DNA of 64,000 nucleotides, from contig CAWEPD010000006.1 of NCBI GenBank assembly GCA_963810875.1, positions 260,078 through 324,077 of the forward strand, read 5' to 3'. A program made the position numbers and the translations under genes. The notes below the pieces were generated by a model. It had not been told where the DNA came from, made no database searches, and saw nothing but the letters and a program-made list of their open reading frames with translations. Positions 7,545 through 16,703 of the stretch are shown piece by piece (positions within the stretch are counted from its first letter, which is position 1; every line of letters starts with the position of its first letter). This DNA is from an uncultured Gaiellaceae bacterium (lineage in GTDB: Bacteria; Actinomycetota; Thermoleophilia; Gaiellales; Gaiellaceae).

Positions 7545-9155
7545 CTAGCGCGTCGCGATCGAGTCGCACCCCGCGATGCTCACGCCGGCAGTGGTCCTGC
7601 CCGTGAGGCAGGCGATCCGATCGCCGGCATCGATTCCCGTCTGGCCGACCTCGTAGCGGAGCACGAGATCGGGCCGTCGGTCTCGGTTCACATCCTTGAC
7701 ATGGCCTCTGCCGTGGGCTGCCGTGCAATCCCGCTCGGACGGACTGTCGTCGTCGCCGAAGCAGACCGAGGTCGGATCGACGGTGGTCGCATCGAAGCCG
7801 GCGGTCGAGAGGACGGCGACCCGGACCACCCCGCGACTGGAGAGCTTGATCCGGTTCACTCTGCTTCCCGGCTTGATGTCGATCGAGACCGCCAGCACGC
7901 CGTCGCTCTGATAGCGGGCCAGCGCGAAGTCGGAGGAGCCGGCCAGAGACGAGCTTCCGGCAGCCACGATCCGGCCGTCGCCTTGAACTGCGAGATCCGC
8001 TGCGAAGTCCACCCGCGAGGCGAAGTCGGTAGTCACCTTGCCATCGCTGCCGAAGCTCTCGTCGAGGCTGCCGTTGGGCTTCAAGCGCACGAGCGTGAAG
8101 TCGGCCGAACCGGTCACGGTGGAGGACGCAACGATCCTTCCGTCCGTCTGCTGGGCGACGGCAGAGGCAGCATCCCAGCCACCGAGGTCCATGGCCAGCG
8201 TGCCACCATTCCCGAAGCTCGCGTCCAGGCTGCCGTCGGCGTTGTAGCGGGCGAAGGCAGTGTCGTCGGAGCCGACCCCGGCTGCGACGATCTTGCCGTC
8301 GGCCTGAACCGCCATCCCGAAAGCGCTATCCGCGTCCGAGCCGAAGTCCGTCCTCACCTTGCCGCCACTACCGAAGCCGCCGTCGAGGCTGCCGTCGCGG
8401 TTGTAGCGAGCGAGCGCGAAGTCGCCGTCGCTCCCTCCCGCCGCCACGATCCTGCCGTCAGTCTGGATGGCAACCTCGAACGCGTCGTCGGCGAATCCGA
8501 GATCGGTGATCACCTTGCCGCCGAGGCCGAACGTGGGATCGAGGCTGCCGTCGACCTCATAGCGGGCGAGCCCGAAATCGCCGGTGGTCGTGCCGGCCAC
8601 GACGATCCTGCCGTCCGGCTGCAGCGCCACGGCGCTCGCGCCGCTGCTCTCTGCCAGGGCGGTCGTGACCTTGCCGCCGACCCCGAAGCTCGCATCGAGG
8701 CTGCCGTCGGCGTTGTAGCGCGCCAGCGCAAACTCGCCCAATTGCTGAAGGCTGATCCCGACAGCGACGATCTTGCCGTCCGGTTGAATGGCTACGGCCC
8801 TAGCTTGGTCGGGCCGGGTGCCGAAGTCGGTCGTCACCCGGCCGTCGCCGCCGAAGCTCGGATCGAGGCTCCCGTCGGCGTTGTAGCGCGCGACCGCAAA
8901 GTCGGTCCCGACGCCCCCGGGCGGCTCGGTGGTCCCCGCGGCCACGAGCTTGCCGTCGCTCTGGAGCGCAACCCCGGAGGCGAAATCACTTCCGGAGGCG
9001 AAGTCCGTCGTCACCTTGCCGCCCACGCCGAAGGTCGGGTCGAGATCGCCCGACGCGGCCCGCGCGGGGACGACGGCCAGGATCGCCGCGAGCGAGACAC
9101 AAGCCAGAAGCGTGGACCTGCCCGTCTTCCGGGGGCGTGAATCCGTGGTGTTCAT
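7545..9155 (-). CDS. secreted delta-60 repeat (beta-propeller-type) protein
   Basis: Signal peptide LLACVSLAAILAVVPARA. About 7-8 repeats of the form ARYNADGSLDxSFGxGGKVTTDF...QxDGKIVAAG occur with a period of about 50-55 aa. There is a Cys-containing C-terminal domain. Confidence 0.85.
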   Translation of the reverse strand: MNTTDSRPRKTGRSTLLACVSLAAILAVVPARAASGDLDPTFGVGGKVTTDFASGSDFASGVALQSDGKLVAAGTTEPPGGVGTDFAVARYNADGSLDPSFGGDGRVTTDFGTRPDQARAVAIQPDGKIVAVGISLQQLGEFALARYNADGSLDASFGVGGKVTTALAESSGASAVALQPDGRIVVAGTTTGDFGLARYEVDGSLDPTFGLGGKVITDLGFADDAFEVAIQTDGRIVAAGGSDGDFALARYNRDGSLDGGFGSGGKVRTDFGSDADSAFGMAVQADGKIVAAGVGSDDTAFARYNADGSLDASFGNGGTLAMDLGGWDAASAVAQQTDGRIVASSTVTGSADFTLVRLKPNGSLDESFGSDGKVTTDFASRVDFAADLAVQGDGRIVAAGSSSLAGSSDFALARYQSDGVLAVSIDIKPGSRVNRIKLSSRGVVRVAVLSTAGFDATTVDPTSVCFGDDDSPSERDCTAAHGRGHVKDVNRDRRPDLVLRYEVGQTGIDAGDRIACLTGRTTAGVSIAGCDSIATR

Positions 9156-9180
9156 CCTGTCCCCTTTCTCGGTTCTCGCG

Positions 9181-10032
9181 TTATCGCACGACGAAGGACC
9201 GCGGCGCTGTCGAGATTGTCCGCCCCGCGTAGGTCGCGCTCACCGTGACGACGAGCCGCTTGCCCTTCGCGGTCTTCGGGATTGCGAACGTGCAACCGCC
9301 GATGCCGCTTCCTCGCAGCGACTTGCCGGCCAGCGTGGCGCGACAGCGGAATGTCGCGGCGGGAGCCGTGGTGCCGTTGTCGAGCCGAACGCTTGCCCGG
9401 CTGACGCGGAACGGCTTGCCGGCCTTGGCGAACGCCGGAGCGTAGATCGCCTGCACCGAGGTGGCGAGTGCGGGAGCAGGCGTTGGAGCGGGCGCGGGCT
9501 TCTGAACCTCGAAGAACCAGGAGCCACCGTCAGGCGCGAAGTCGAACTGCTCGCTATCGGCCGCGCCGGTGCTCGCCACGACCAAGAAGTTGAAGGACGT
9601 CGCACCGCCGAGCACGGCGGGCCGAAGGAGGAACTCGATCCCGCCCCCGCCAACGAGGTAGCGCACGTCGCCCGCCTGGGTCGGTGCATCGACGTAATCG
9701 CTTCCACCCCACTTCAAGAGCGAGCCTCTGAGGTCGGACATGTCGACCGCGACGAGGTAGTCGGCGCCACGGAGCGACCCGGTCGAGCCGCTGCGGTCGG
9801 TGTCGAGCGCGAGGCCGACGAAGCCTGGTGCTAGAAAGGGCATGTTCGCGATTGTCGTCTCCACGTGCACGTATCCGTCTGCGGCGAGGTCGGCGGTGAC
9901 GGCGCCGATGTCCGCCGCCGCGCCGTTGTCGCCGGTCGGATCCGAGTACGCCGTGGGTGCGGCTCCCGCGACCGCGGCGACGACAAGCGCCAAAGCCGCC
10001 AGCGCCGCGGCTCTGAGTGCGATTGAGCTCAT
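9181..10032 (-). CDS. secreted hypothetical protein (283 aa)
   Basis: Signal peptide ALAALALVVAAVAGAAP, a Pro/Ala linker KPAPAPTPAPA and the RBS AAAGGAGAAGA. The ATG overlaps the stop of the upstream small ORF (ATGA). Confidence 0.75.
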   Translation of the reverse strand: MSSIALRAAALAALALVVAAVAGAAPTAYSDPTGDNGAAADIGAVTADLAADGYVHVETTIANMPFLAPGFVGLALDTDRSGSTGSLRGADYLVAVDMSDLRGSLLKWGGSDYVDAPTQAGDVRYLVGGGGIEFLLRPAVLGGATSFNFLVVASTGAADSEQFDFAPDGGSWFFEVQKPAPAPTPAPALATSVQAIYAPAFAKAGKPFRVSRASVRLDNGTTAPAATFRCRATLAGKSLRGSGIGGCTFAIPKTAKGKRLVVTVSATYAGRTISTAPRSFVVR

Positions 10033-10184
10033 TTCTTCTCCTTTCGGTCGCGTTCCCGGCTGCTCGTCCCGAGCCGGCGAGCCCGCGAGGCGATGACGAC
10101 GGCGAGGTACCGCTGGATCTCCCTGATCAACGCCTCGACGTCGATGGTCTTGTCCACGCGGCCACTCTGAGGCGCGCCGCCCAC
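10029..10184 (-). CDS. conserved small ORF (51 codons), paralog of 7309..7470
   Basis: (GTG)GGAPQSGRVDKTIDVEALIREIQRYLAVVIASRARRLGTSSRERDRKEKK. It has the same architecture as the first copy. An alternative start is the internal GTG at 10157. Confidence 0.45.
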   Translation of the reverse strand: MGGAPQSGRVDKTIDVEALIREIQRYLAVVIASRARRLGTSSRERDRKEKK

Positions 10185-10208
10185 GCGGCTCTCATCCGGC
10201 GCTCATCC
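10180..10208 (-). promoter_or_regulatory. second copy of the 11-bp-phased GGATGAG repeat block, in the divergent promoter region shared with the SARP gene
   Basis: The minus strand reads GGATGAGcgccGGATGAGagccGCGTGGG. It lies inside the 65-bp gap between the small ORF (10184) and the regulator ATG (10250). Confidence 0.45.
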
Positions 10209-10249
10209 CGCCTCTTTTCGGCGGTCGTGCCAGGTGCTACAACCGTCCG

Positions 10250-13200
10250 ATGGAGATTCGGCTGCTCGGGCCGCTCCGGCTCGTCCAGGGCGGCACAGTC
10301 GTGCCCCTGCCGCGGCGTCAACAGCGCGCGCTGCTCGCGGTGCTCGCGCTTCGCGCCGGCGAGATCGTGTCGACCGATCGCCTGATCGAGGATCTCTGGG
10401 GCGCCGACGCGCCCCGCTCGGCGCTCGGCTCGCTTCAGAACGCGGTCTACTCCCTGCGCAAGGCGGTGGGTCCCGACGTGCTCCTGACCGAGCCGCCCGG
10501 GTACCGGCTCGCGCTCGAGGCCGAACGAGTCGACGCGTTGCGCTTCGAGCGGCTCCTCGAGGAGGCGCGCGCCGCTCCCGCCGGCACGCGCGGCGCGCTG
10601 CTCGCCGACGCGCTCGCACTCTGGCGCGGGCCTGCGCTCGACGACCTCGCCTTCGAGCCCTTTGCCGGCGCCGAGATCGTCCGGCTCGACGGGCTGCGGC
10701 TCGACGCCGAGGAGGAGCGGCTTGCCGGCGAGCTCGGCCTCGGCCGTCACGACCACCTCGTCCCCGAGCTCGAGTCGCTCGTCACCGCCAATCCGCTCCG
10801 AGAGCGGCTGCGCGGCCAGCTGATGCTCGCGCTCTACCGCTCGGGGCGCCAGGCCGAGGCGCTCGAGGTCTACCGCGCCGCGCGGCTCGCGCTCGCGGAC
10901 GAGCTCGGGCTCGATCCCTCGCCCGAGCTGCAGCGGCTGGAGCGCGCGATCCTGCGCCACGACCCGGCGCTTGCGATCCTCGTCGAGCCGGAGCAGGAGC
11001 TTCCGTCGGCGCCACGCGAGCGCCGCATGGTTTCGGTCCTGGCCGCGGTCCCGTCCGCGCTCGACGATCCCGAGCTCCTGCTGGAGTCGCTGGAGGCGCT
11101 GCTGGAGCGGACCCGCTCGATCTTGCAGCGGTACGGCGGCACGCTGGAGCGGTTCGGCCCCGAGGGGCTCGTGGCGACATTCTCCGGCCGCGACGACGAC
11201 GCGCTGCGCGCCGTCCGCGCCGCCTCCGAGCTCGCGTTGCCCGCCGGAGTCTCGACGGGCGAGGCGGTTCTCACAGAAGCGGGCGCGGCCGGGGCGGTCG
11301 TCACGCGCGCGTCCGAGCTCGCACACCTCGACGGCGGGCTCCGCCTCGACGCGCGCTCCTTCGCGCTCGTCCGACACGCGGTCAGGACCGCGCCGGACGG
11401 GGACGACTTCCTCGTGACAAGGTTCGACGAGATCGCGGAAGGCCGGGCCCAGCGGGACGATCTGCCGCTCGCCGGTCGCATCGACGAGCTCGTCCGTCTG
11501 CGCGGCGCGTTCGACGAGGCGGTGAGCGAGAGTCGATGCCGGGTCGTGACCGTGCTCGGCGAGCCCGGGATCGGAAAGACGCGACTCGCGCGCGAGCTCG
11601 CCGAGCGGCTGGGAGCAGAAGCGACCGTCCTCGTCGCGCGCTGCCTCGCCTACGGCGAGGGCGCGACGTTCCTGCCGCTCCTCACCGCGCTCCGGAACGC
11701 GGAGCCCGAGCGTGCGCTGCACCGCGAGCCGGACGCCGAGCTCGTGGTCGAGCGGCTGGCCGCCCTCGCCGGAGGAACCGACGCCTCGTCACTCGGCGAG
11801 TCGTACTGGGCCGTTCGGCGGTTGCTCGAGACGCTCGCCGCACGTACGCCGGTCCTGCTCGTGCTCGACGACGTCCACTGGGCCGAGGCGGCACTCCTCG
11901 ACCTCGTCGAGTATCTCGCGGAGCGCGTCGCCGAGCCGCTGCTCGTCCTCTGCCTCGCCCGTCCGGAGCTCGAGCGCCCGCTCGGCGCGACGTTCCCGCT
12001 CGGCCCGCTCGCCGCGGACGAGGCGCGGGCGGTCGCGGAGGGGATCGCCGAGCTGGACGACGCGACCCACGCGCGGATCGTCGAGCTCGCCGAGGGAAAC
12101 CCGCTCTACGTCGAGCAGCTCGCGGCCTATGCGGTCGAAGGCGGCGAGGGGCTCCCGCCCACCCTCGAGGCGGTGCTCTCCGGCAGGCTGGGGCGGCTGC
12201 CGGACGACGAGCGCGCGGTGCTTCAGCGGGCAGCGGTCGCCGGCCGGGAGTTCTCGCGCGGGGCGGTCGCGGCGCTCCTGGAGTCGCCGGTGGACACGCA
12301 ACTCCTCTCGCTCTCCCGGCGCGGCCTGATCCACGCCGCCCCCGACCACGCCCCCGGCGATGACGGCTACTGCTTCCACCACGTCCTGCTCCGCGATGCG
12401 GCCTACGAGACGCTGACGAAGCGCGAGCGGGCCGCGCTGCACGAACGCATCGGCAGCCTGGCTCGATCGAGACGGCCCGGGAGACGACGCGCTCGTCGGC
12501 TACCACCTCGAGCAAGCGACGCTGCTCCGGCGCGGGCTCGGCGAGGACGCGGACGCGGTCGCCGAACGCGCGGGAGAGCGTCTCGGCGACGCTGCGATGC
12601 GAGTCTGGCGACAGAACGACACGCGGGCGGCCTTGGGCCTGCTCCGCCGGGCGACTGACCTGCTGCCTGTCGGCGAGCGGCGGGCGGAGCTGCTGTGCGA
12701 GCTCGCAGTGGCGGAGCGCAACGCAGGCGAACACAGCGACGCGCTCGTCCGAGCGGCAGAGGACGCTGGGGCAGCTGGGAGCGAGCGAGTTTCCGCGCGG
12801 ATCGCGGTCGAGCGAGCCGATCTCGACTTCCGCGACGGCGCGACATCTCGGCCGCCGAGCTGCTCGAGACAGCGCTCGGCTCGATCGACGTGCTCACGGT
12901 CGCCGGCGACGATCGAGCGCTCGGTCGCGCCTGGATTGCGGTGAGCGGGGTGCACCAATGGGCATGCCGCTACGCGGACGCTGCGGAGGCGGCGCGCATG
13001 GCCTCCAAGAGCTACTCGCGCGCGTCGTTTTCGCCGGCGCTGATCAATGCCGTGCTCACGAACAGCCTGCTCTTCGGGCCAACGCACCTCAGGGAGGCGA
13101 TCGCCGAATGCGGAGAGCTCCGTGAGGCGGCACCAGACCGGCTGAGCGAGGCGCACGTGACCAGTTCACTAGGGACGTTCGCTGCTTGCAGGGCAGGTTC

Positions 13201-13812
13201 GAAGACGCCCGCGCTCTCTGCAACGACGCACGCGAGACCTACGAAGATCTCGGGAGCACCCGCGCCGTCCACGGGCTTTGGAGCACGAACGCTCTGCTGG
13301 TCGAACGCCGGGCGGGCGATCTGGGCGCCGCGATCGCGATCGCTCGAGACGAGACCCGGTACTTCGAGCAACAGGCTGACCGCGCCTACGCAAGCACCTG
13401 GGCCGCCCGCCTTGCCGAGCTCCTCTACTGGAGCGAGCAGTACGAAGAGTCCTCGATCTCGGTCGCAGCCACGCGCGAGGGAGCGATCGCCCACGACGTC
13501 TACGTCCAGTTCCTCTGGCGCTCGACGGCGGCGAAGCTCAGCGCCCAGGAAGGTCGGGCGGAGGAGGCCGACCGCCTCAGCACCGAGGCGCTGCGGCTAG
13601 CCGCCGCGAGCGACTCGCCGCTTCTTCTGGCCGATCTCTGGGTCGCGCGCGCCGAGGTTCTCGGCCTGGGAGAGCGACCGGCGGAGGCCGATGAAGCGGC
13701 CGACCGAGCCCGAACGCTTCTGCGAGAGAAGGGCGACTCGGCCGGTCTTGCCGAAGTCGAGCGCCTGCTCTCGCGCAGACAGACGAAGAGCCCGTCAGGG
13801 CTCTCCGTCTAA
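10250..13812 (+). pseudogene. SARP-family regulator (OmpR-type wHTH + BTAD) fused to a degenerate class III cyclase-like domain, P-loop AAA/STAND ATPase and TPR region; frame broken three times as assembled
   Basis: The N-terminus MEIRLLGPLRLVQGG...DRLIEDLWG...LRERLRGQLMLALYRSGRQAEALEVYR matches the SARP wHTH plus BTAD pattern. RRMVSVLAAV...GPEGLVATFSG is a cyclase homology domain lacking its metal-binding Asp residues. A Walker A motif GEPGIGKTRLA follows. Protein sense continues across frame changes near 12457, 12840 and 13184, for example ...HERIGS/WLDRDGPGDDALVGYHLEQA. Confidence 0.8.
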
Positions 13813-13965
13813 TCGAAGCGAACAACGGCCTACCCGCCGCCGCCGCCGCGCCCCTCCGTCGTTCGGGCAATGACGCTTCCGCATGGCGCACCTCCTTTCT
13901 GTGCGCCACGCTCGAGCCGGGTCCAAACGGCCCGGTCACGGCCCGCCAACGGCCCGCTAACGACG

Positions 13966-13989
13966 AAGGGCGGCCTCGCGGCCGCCCTT
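13966..13989. terminator. perfect 10-bp GC hairpin between convergent genes (bidirectional terminator candidate)
   Basis: AAGGGCGGCC-tcgc-GGCCGCCCTT. It lies 24 nt from the pckA stop and 154 nt from the regulator stop. The U-tract is weak. Confidence 0.5.
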
Positions 13990-14012
13990 CAACTCACCTC
14001 AGATCGAGCGAC

Positions 14013-15596
14013 TCAGACCCGCGGGCCTGCCTCGACGAGATTGTCGTCCGCGTCGAACTTCGCGAAGTTGTCGTTGAACATCTTCCCGAGCTCGCGCGCC
14101 TTCGCGTCGTACGCCTCCGGATCGGCCCACGTCGAGCGCGGATCCAGGAGCCCCGGCTCGACGTCCGGAACCGCGACGGGCACCTCGAAGCCGAAGAGCG
14201 GGTCGGTGCGGTACTCGACATCCGCCAGCTCGCCCGAGAGCGCCGCGGAGAGGAGTGCGCGCGTCGCCTTGATCGGCATCCGCTCGCCCTCGCCGTACGG
14301 CCCGCCCGTCCAGCCGGTGTTGACCAGCCAGACCGCGGCGCCGTGCTCGTCGAGCTTCTTCCCGAGCATCCGCGCGTAGATCTTCGGCGACTGCGGGAGA
14401 AACGGCGCGCCGAAGCAGGCGGAGAAGGTCGGCTGCGGCTCCTTGACCCCGATCTCCGTCCCCGCGAGCTTCGCCGTGAAGCCGGAGAGGAAGTAGAACA
14501 TGGCCTGGTCGCGCGTCAGTCGCGCGATCGGGGGCAGGATTCCGAAGGCGTCGGCCGTCAGCATCACGACCGATCTCGGATGGCCGGCGCGCTTCTCGGG
14601 GAGCGCGTTCGGGATCTGCTCGAGCTTGTAGGCGGCGCGCGTGTTCTCCGTCTTCGCGGCGTCGTCGAGGTCCAGGATGCCGTCCTCGTCCAGGACGACG
14701 TTCTCGAGGATCGTCCCGTAGGTGTGGGTCGTCCGGAAGATGTCCGGCTCGGCCTCGGCCGAGAGGCGGATCACCTTCGCGTAGCAGCCGCCCTCGATGT
14801 TGAAGACGCCCGAGGTGCCCCACCCGTGCTCGTCGTCCCCGATCAGCGAGCGCTCGGGATCGGCCGACAACGTCGTCTTCCCCGTGCCGGAGAGGCCGAA
14901 GAAGATCGCGACGTCGCCGTCCGGCCCCACGTTCGCGGAGCAGTGCATCGGAAACACGCCCTCGAGCGGGAGGCGGTCGTTCATCAACGTGAAGATCGAC
15001 TTCTTGATCTCTCCCGCGTAGAAGCTGCCCCCGATCAGCACCTCCTGCCGTGATGGGTGCAGGACGACGAAGGTGGCGCTGCGGGTGCCGTCCTCGTCGG
15101 GGTCTGCCTCGACCGCCGGCGCGTGGAGCACGACAGCCTGCGGCTCGAACCCGCGCAGCTCGTCCTCGCTCGGCTCGATGAACATCGTCTTCGCGAAGAG
15201 CGCGTGATAGGGCCGGTCGGTGACGACGCGCACCGCGATCCTGTGCTCCGGGTCGGCGCCTGCGAACGCGTCGACCACGTAGAGGTCGCGCCCGCCGAGG
15301 TAGTCCGTCACTTTCGCGCGCAGGCCCTCGAACCGCTCCTCGTCGATCGCGGCGTTGACGTCGCCCCACCAGATCCGCTCCTCGGAGCCGGGCTCCCTGA
15401 CGACGAACTTGTCGTTCGGCGAGCGGCCCGTGTGCGCCCCGGTGTCGACGGCGAGCGGCCCGCCCTCGGCGAGCCTGGCCTCACCGCGCTCCAGCGCGTG
15501 CGTGTAGAGGAGCGAGGTCGTCGGGTTGCGATACACCTCGCCCGACGCGTCGATTCCGTGCGTGTCGAGATCCCCGGCTGACTCCGTCGTCACCAT
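14013..15596 (-). CDS. pckA: phosphoenolpyruvate carboxykinase (ATP)
   Basis: The 527-aa protein starts MVTTESAGDL and carries the kinase motif GLSGTGKTTLS, plus IGDDEHGW and NTGWTGGPYG segments. The ATG at 15596 was located by residue counting. Confidence 0.95.
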   Translation of the reverse strand: MVTTESAGDLDTHGIDASGEVYRNPTTSLLYTHALERGEARLAEGGPLAVDTGAHTGRSPNDKFVVREPGSEERIWWGDVNAAIDEERFEGLRAKVTDYLGGRDLYVVDAFAGADPEHRIAVRVVTDRPYHALFAKTMFIEPSEDELRGFEPQAVVLHAPAVEADPDEDGTRSATFVVLHPSRQEVLIGGSFYAGEIKKSIFTLMNDRLPLEGVFPMHCSANVGPDGDVAIFFGLSGTGKTTLSADPERSLIGDDEHGWGTSGVFNIEGGCYAKVIRLSAEAEPDIFRTTHTYGTILENVVLDEDGILDLDDAAKTENTRAAYKLEQIPNALPEKRAGHPRSVVMLTADAFGILPPIARLTRDQAMFYFLSGFTAKLAGTEIGVKEPQPTFSACFGAPFLPQSPKIYARMLGKKLDEHGAAVWLVNTGWTGGPYGEGERMPIKATRALLSAALSGELADVEYRTDPLFGFEVPVAVPDVEPGLLDPRSTWADPEAYDAKARELGKMFNDNFAKFDADDNLVEAGPRV

Positions 15597-15638
15597 CGCG
15601 ACCGCAGAGTCTACGAAACTTCTCGCTAGGCTCGCCCG

Positions 15639-16703
15639 ATGCCGGCACTCGCCCGCGCCCGTGAGCTCGGAGTCCGAATCGGGGAGCTGGAGCCCGGCCC
15701 GGCGAACGCGATCACCGACGTCGCCGGCGTCCGCGTCGGGCACACGACCCTGATCGAGGGCGACTCGGTGCGCACCGGCGTCACGATCGTCCTGCCGCAC
15801 GAGGGCGATCTGGGCAGCGATCCCCTCTTCGCGGGCTGCCACCGGATCAACGGGAACGGGGAGCTCACCGGGCTCGAGTGGGTGCGCGAGTCGGGGATGC
15901 TGACGACGCCGATCGGGCTCACGAACACGCACAGCGTCGGCGTCGTGCGCGACGCGATCGTCGCCGCCGGGCCGAACGAGGTCGGCCGCTGGAGCCTCCC
16001 GATCGTCGGCGAGACCTACGACGGCTTCCTCAACGACATCAACGGGATGCACGTGCGCCGCGAGCACGTGGACGCTGCGTTCGCGGGCGCGGCCGGCGGC
16101 GCCGTCGCGGAAGGGTGCGTGGGCGGAGGCACGGGCATGATCTGCCACGGGTTCAAGGGAGGAATCGGCACGGCCTCCCGGGTCGTCTCCGAGGAGGACG
16201 GCGGCTATACGGTCGGCGTGCTCGTCCAGGCGAACCACGGCCGCCGCTCACGCCTCCGGGTGAACGGGTCTCCCGTCGGCGTGCGGATCGCGCCCGAGCG
16301 CGTGCCCCTGCCCGCGGCGGGCGGGGAAGGCGCAGGCTCGATCATCGTCCTCGTCGCGACCGACGCGCCTCTGATCCCGCTCCAATGCGACCGCCTCGCC
16401 TCACGCGCCGCGTTCGGGATCGCCCGGACGGGCGGGATGGGCGAGCATTCGAGCGGCGACTTCGCGCTCGCCTTCGCCACCGGCAACCGCGGCCTCTCCG
16501 CCGAGAAGGGCGAGCGGCGTCAGCTCCACTACGAGGTGACCATGTACTCGCAGGGTCACATGGACGTGCTCTTCGAGGCCGTGATCGACGCCACCGAGGA
16601 GGCGATCCTGAACGCGCTGCTCGCGGCTGAGACGATGACCGGCCGCGCCGGCAACACCGTGTACGCGCTCCCACACGAGCTGCTTCTCGAGGCGCTCCGC
16701 TAG
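15639..16703 (+). CDS. DmpA/P1 family aminopeptidase (peptidase S58)
   Basis: 354 aa with NAITDVAGVRVGHTT, GETYDGFLNDI and IVLVATDAPL segments. It overlaps the convergent ABC gene by 4 nt. Confidence 0.85.
   Translation: MPALARARELGVRIGELEPGPANAITDVAGVRVGHTTLIEGDSVRTGVTIVLPHEGDLGSDPLFAGCHRINGNGELTGLEWVRESGMLTTPIGLTNTHSVGVVRDAIVAAGPNEVGRWSLPIVGETYDGFLNDINGMHVRREHVDAAFAGAAGGAVAEGCVGGGTGMICHGFKGGIGTASRVVSEEDGGYTVGVLVQANHGRRSRLRVNGSPVGVRIAPERVPLPAAGGEGAGSIIVLVATDAPLIPLQCDRLASRAAFGIARTGGMGEHSSGDFALAFATGNRGLSAEKGERRQLHYEVTMYSQGHMDVLFEAVIDATEEAILNALLAAETMTGRAGNTVYALPHELLLEALR

Noticed and set aside
10127-12734. Long ORFs antisense to or out of frame with the SARP regulator (for example 10127..11722 minus, 10234..12363 plus, 11682..12734 minus).
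   Set aside because: Their translations are Arg/Ala/Pro/Gly-rich low-complexity strings, which is typical of off-frame reading in very GC-rich DNA. The in-frame regulator has clear domain motifs.
13884-13908. Hairpin TGGCGCAC-9 nt-GTGCGCCA whose minus-strand loop reads AGAAAGGAG, followed by an ATG (possible small gene antisense to the regulator 3' region).
   Set aside because: The resulting ORF is Arg-rich and overlaps the regulator 3' end in antisense. There is no conservation or second copy to support it. It may simply be a secondary terminator structure.
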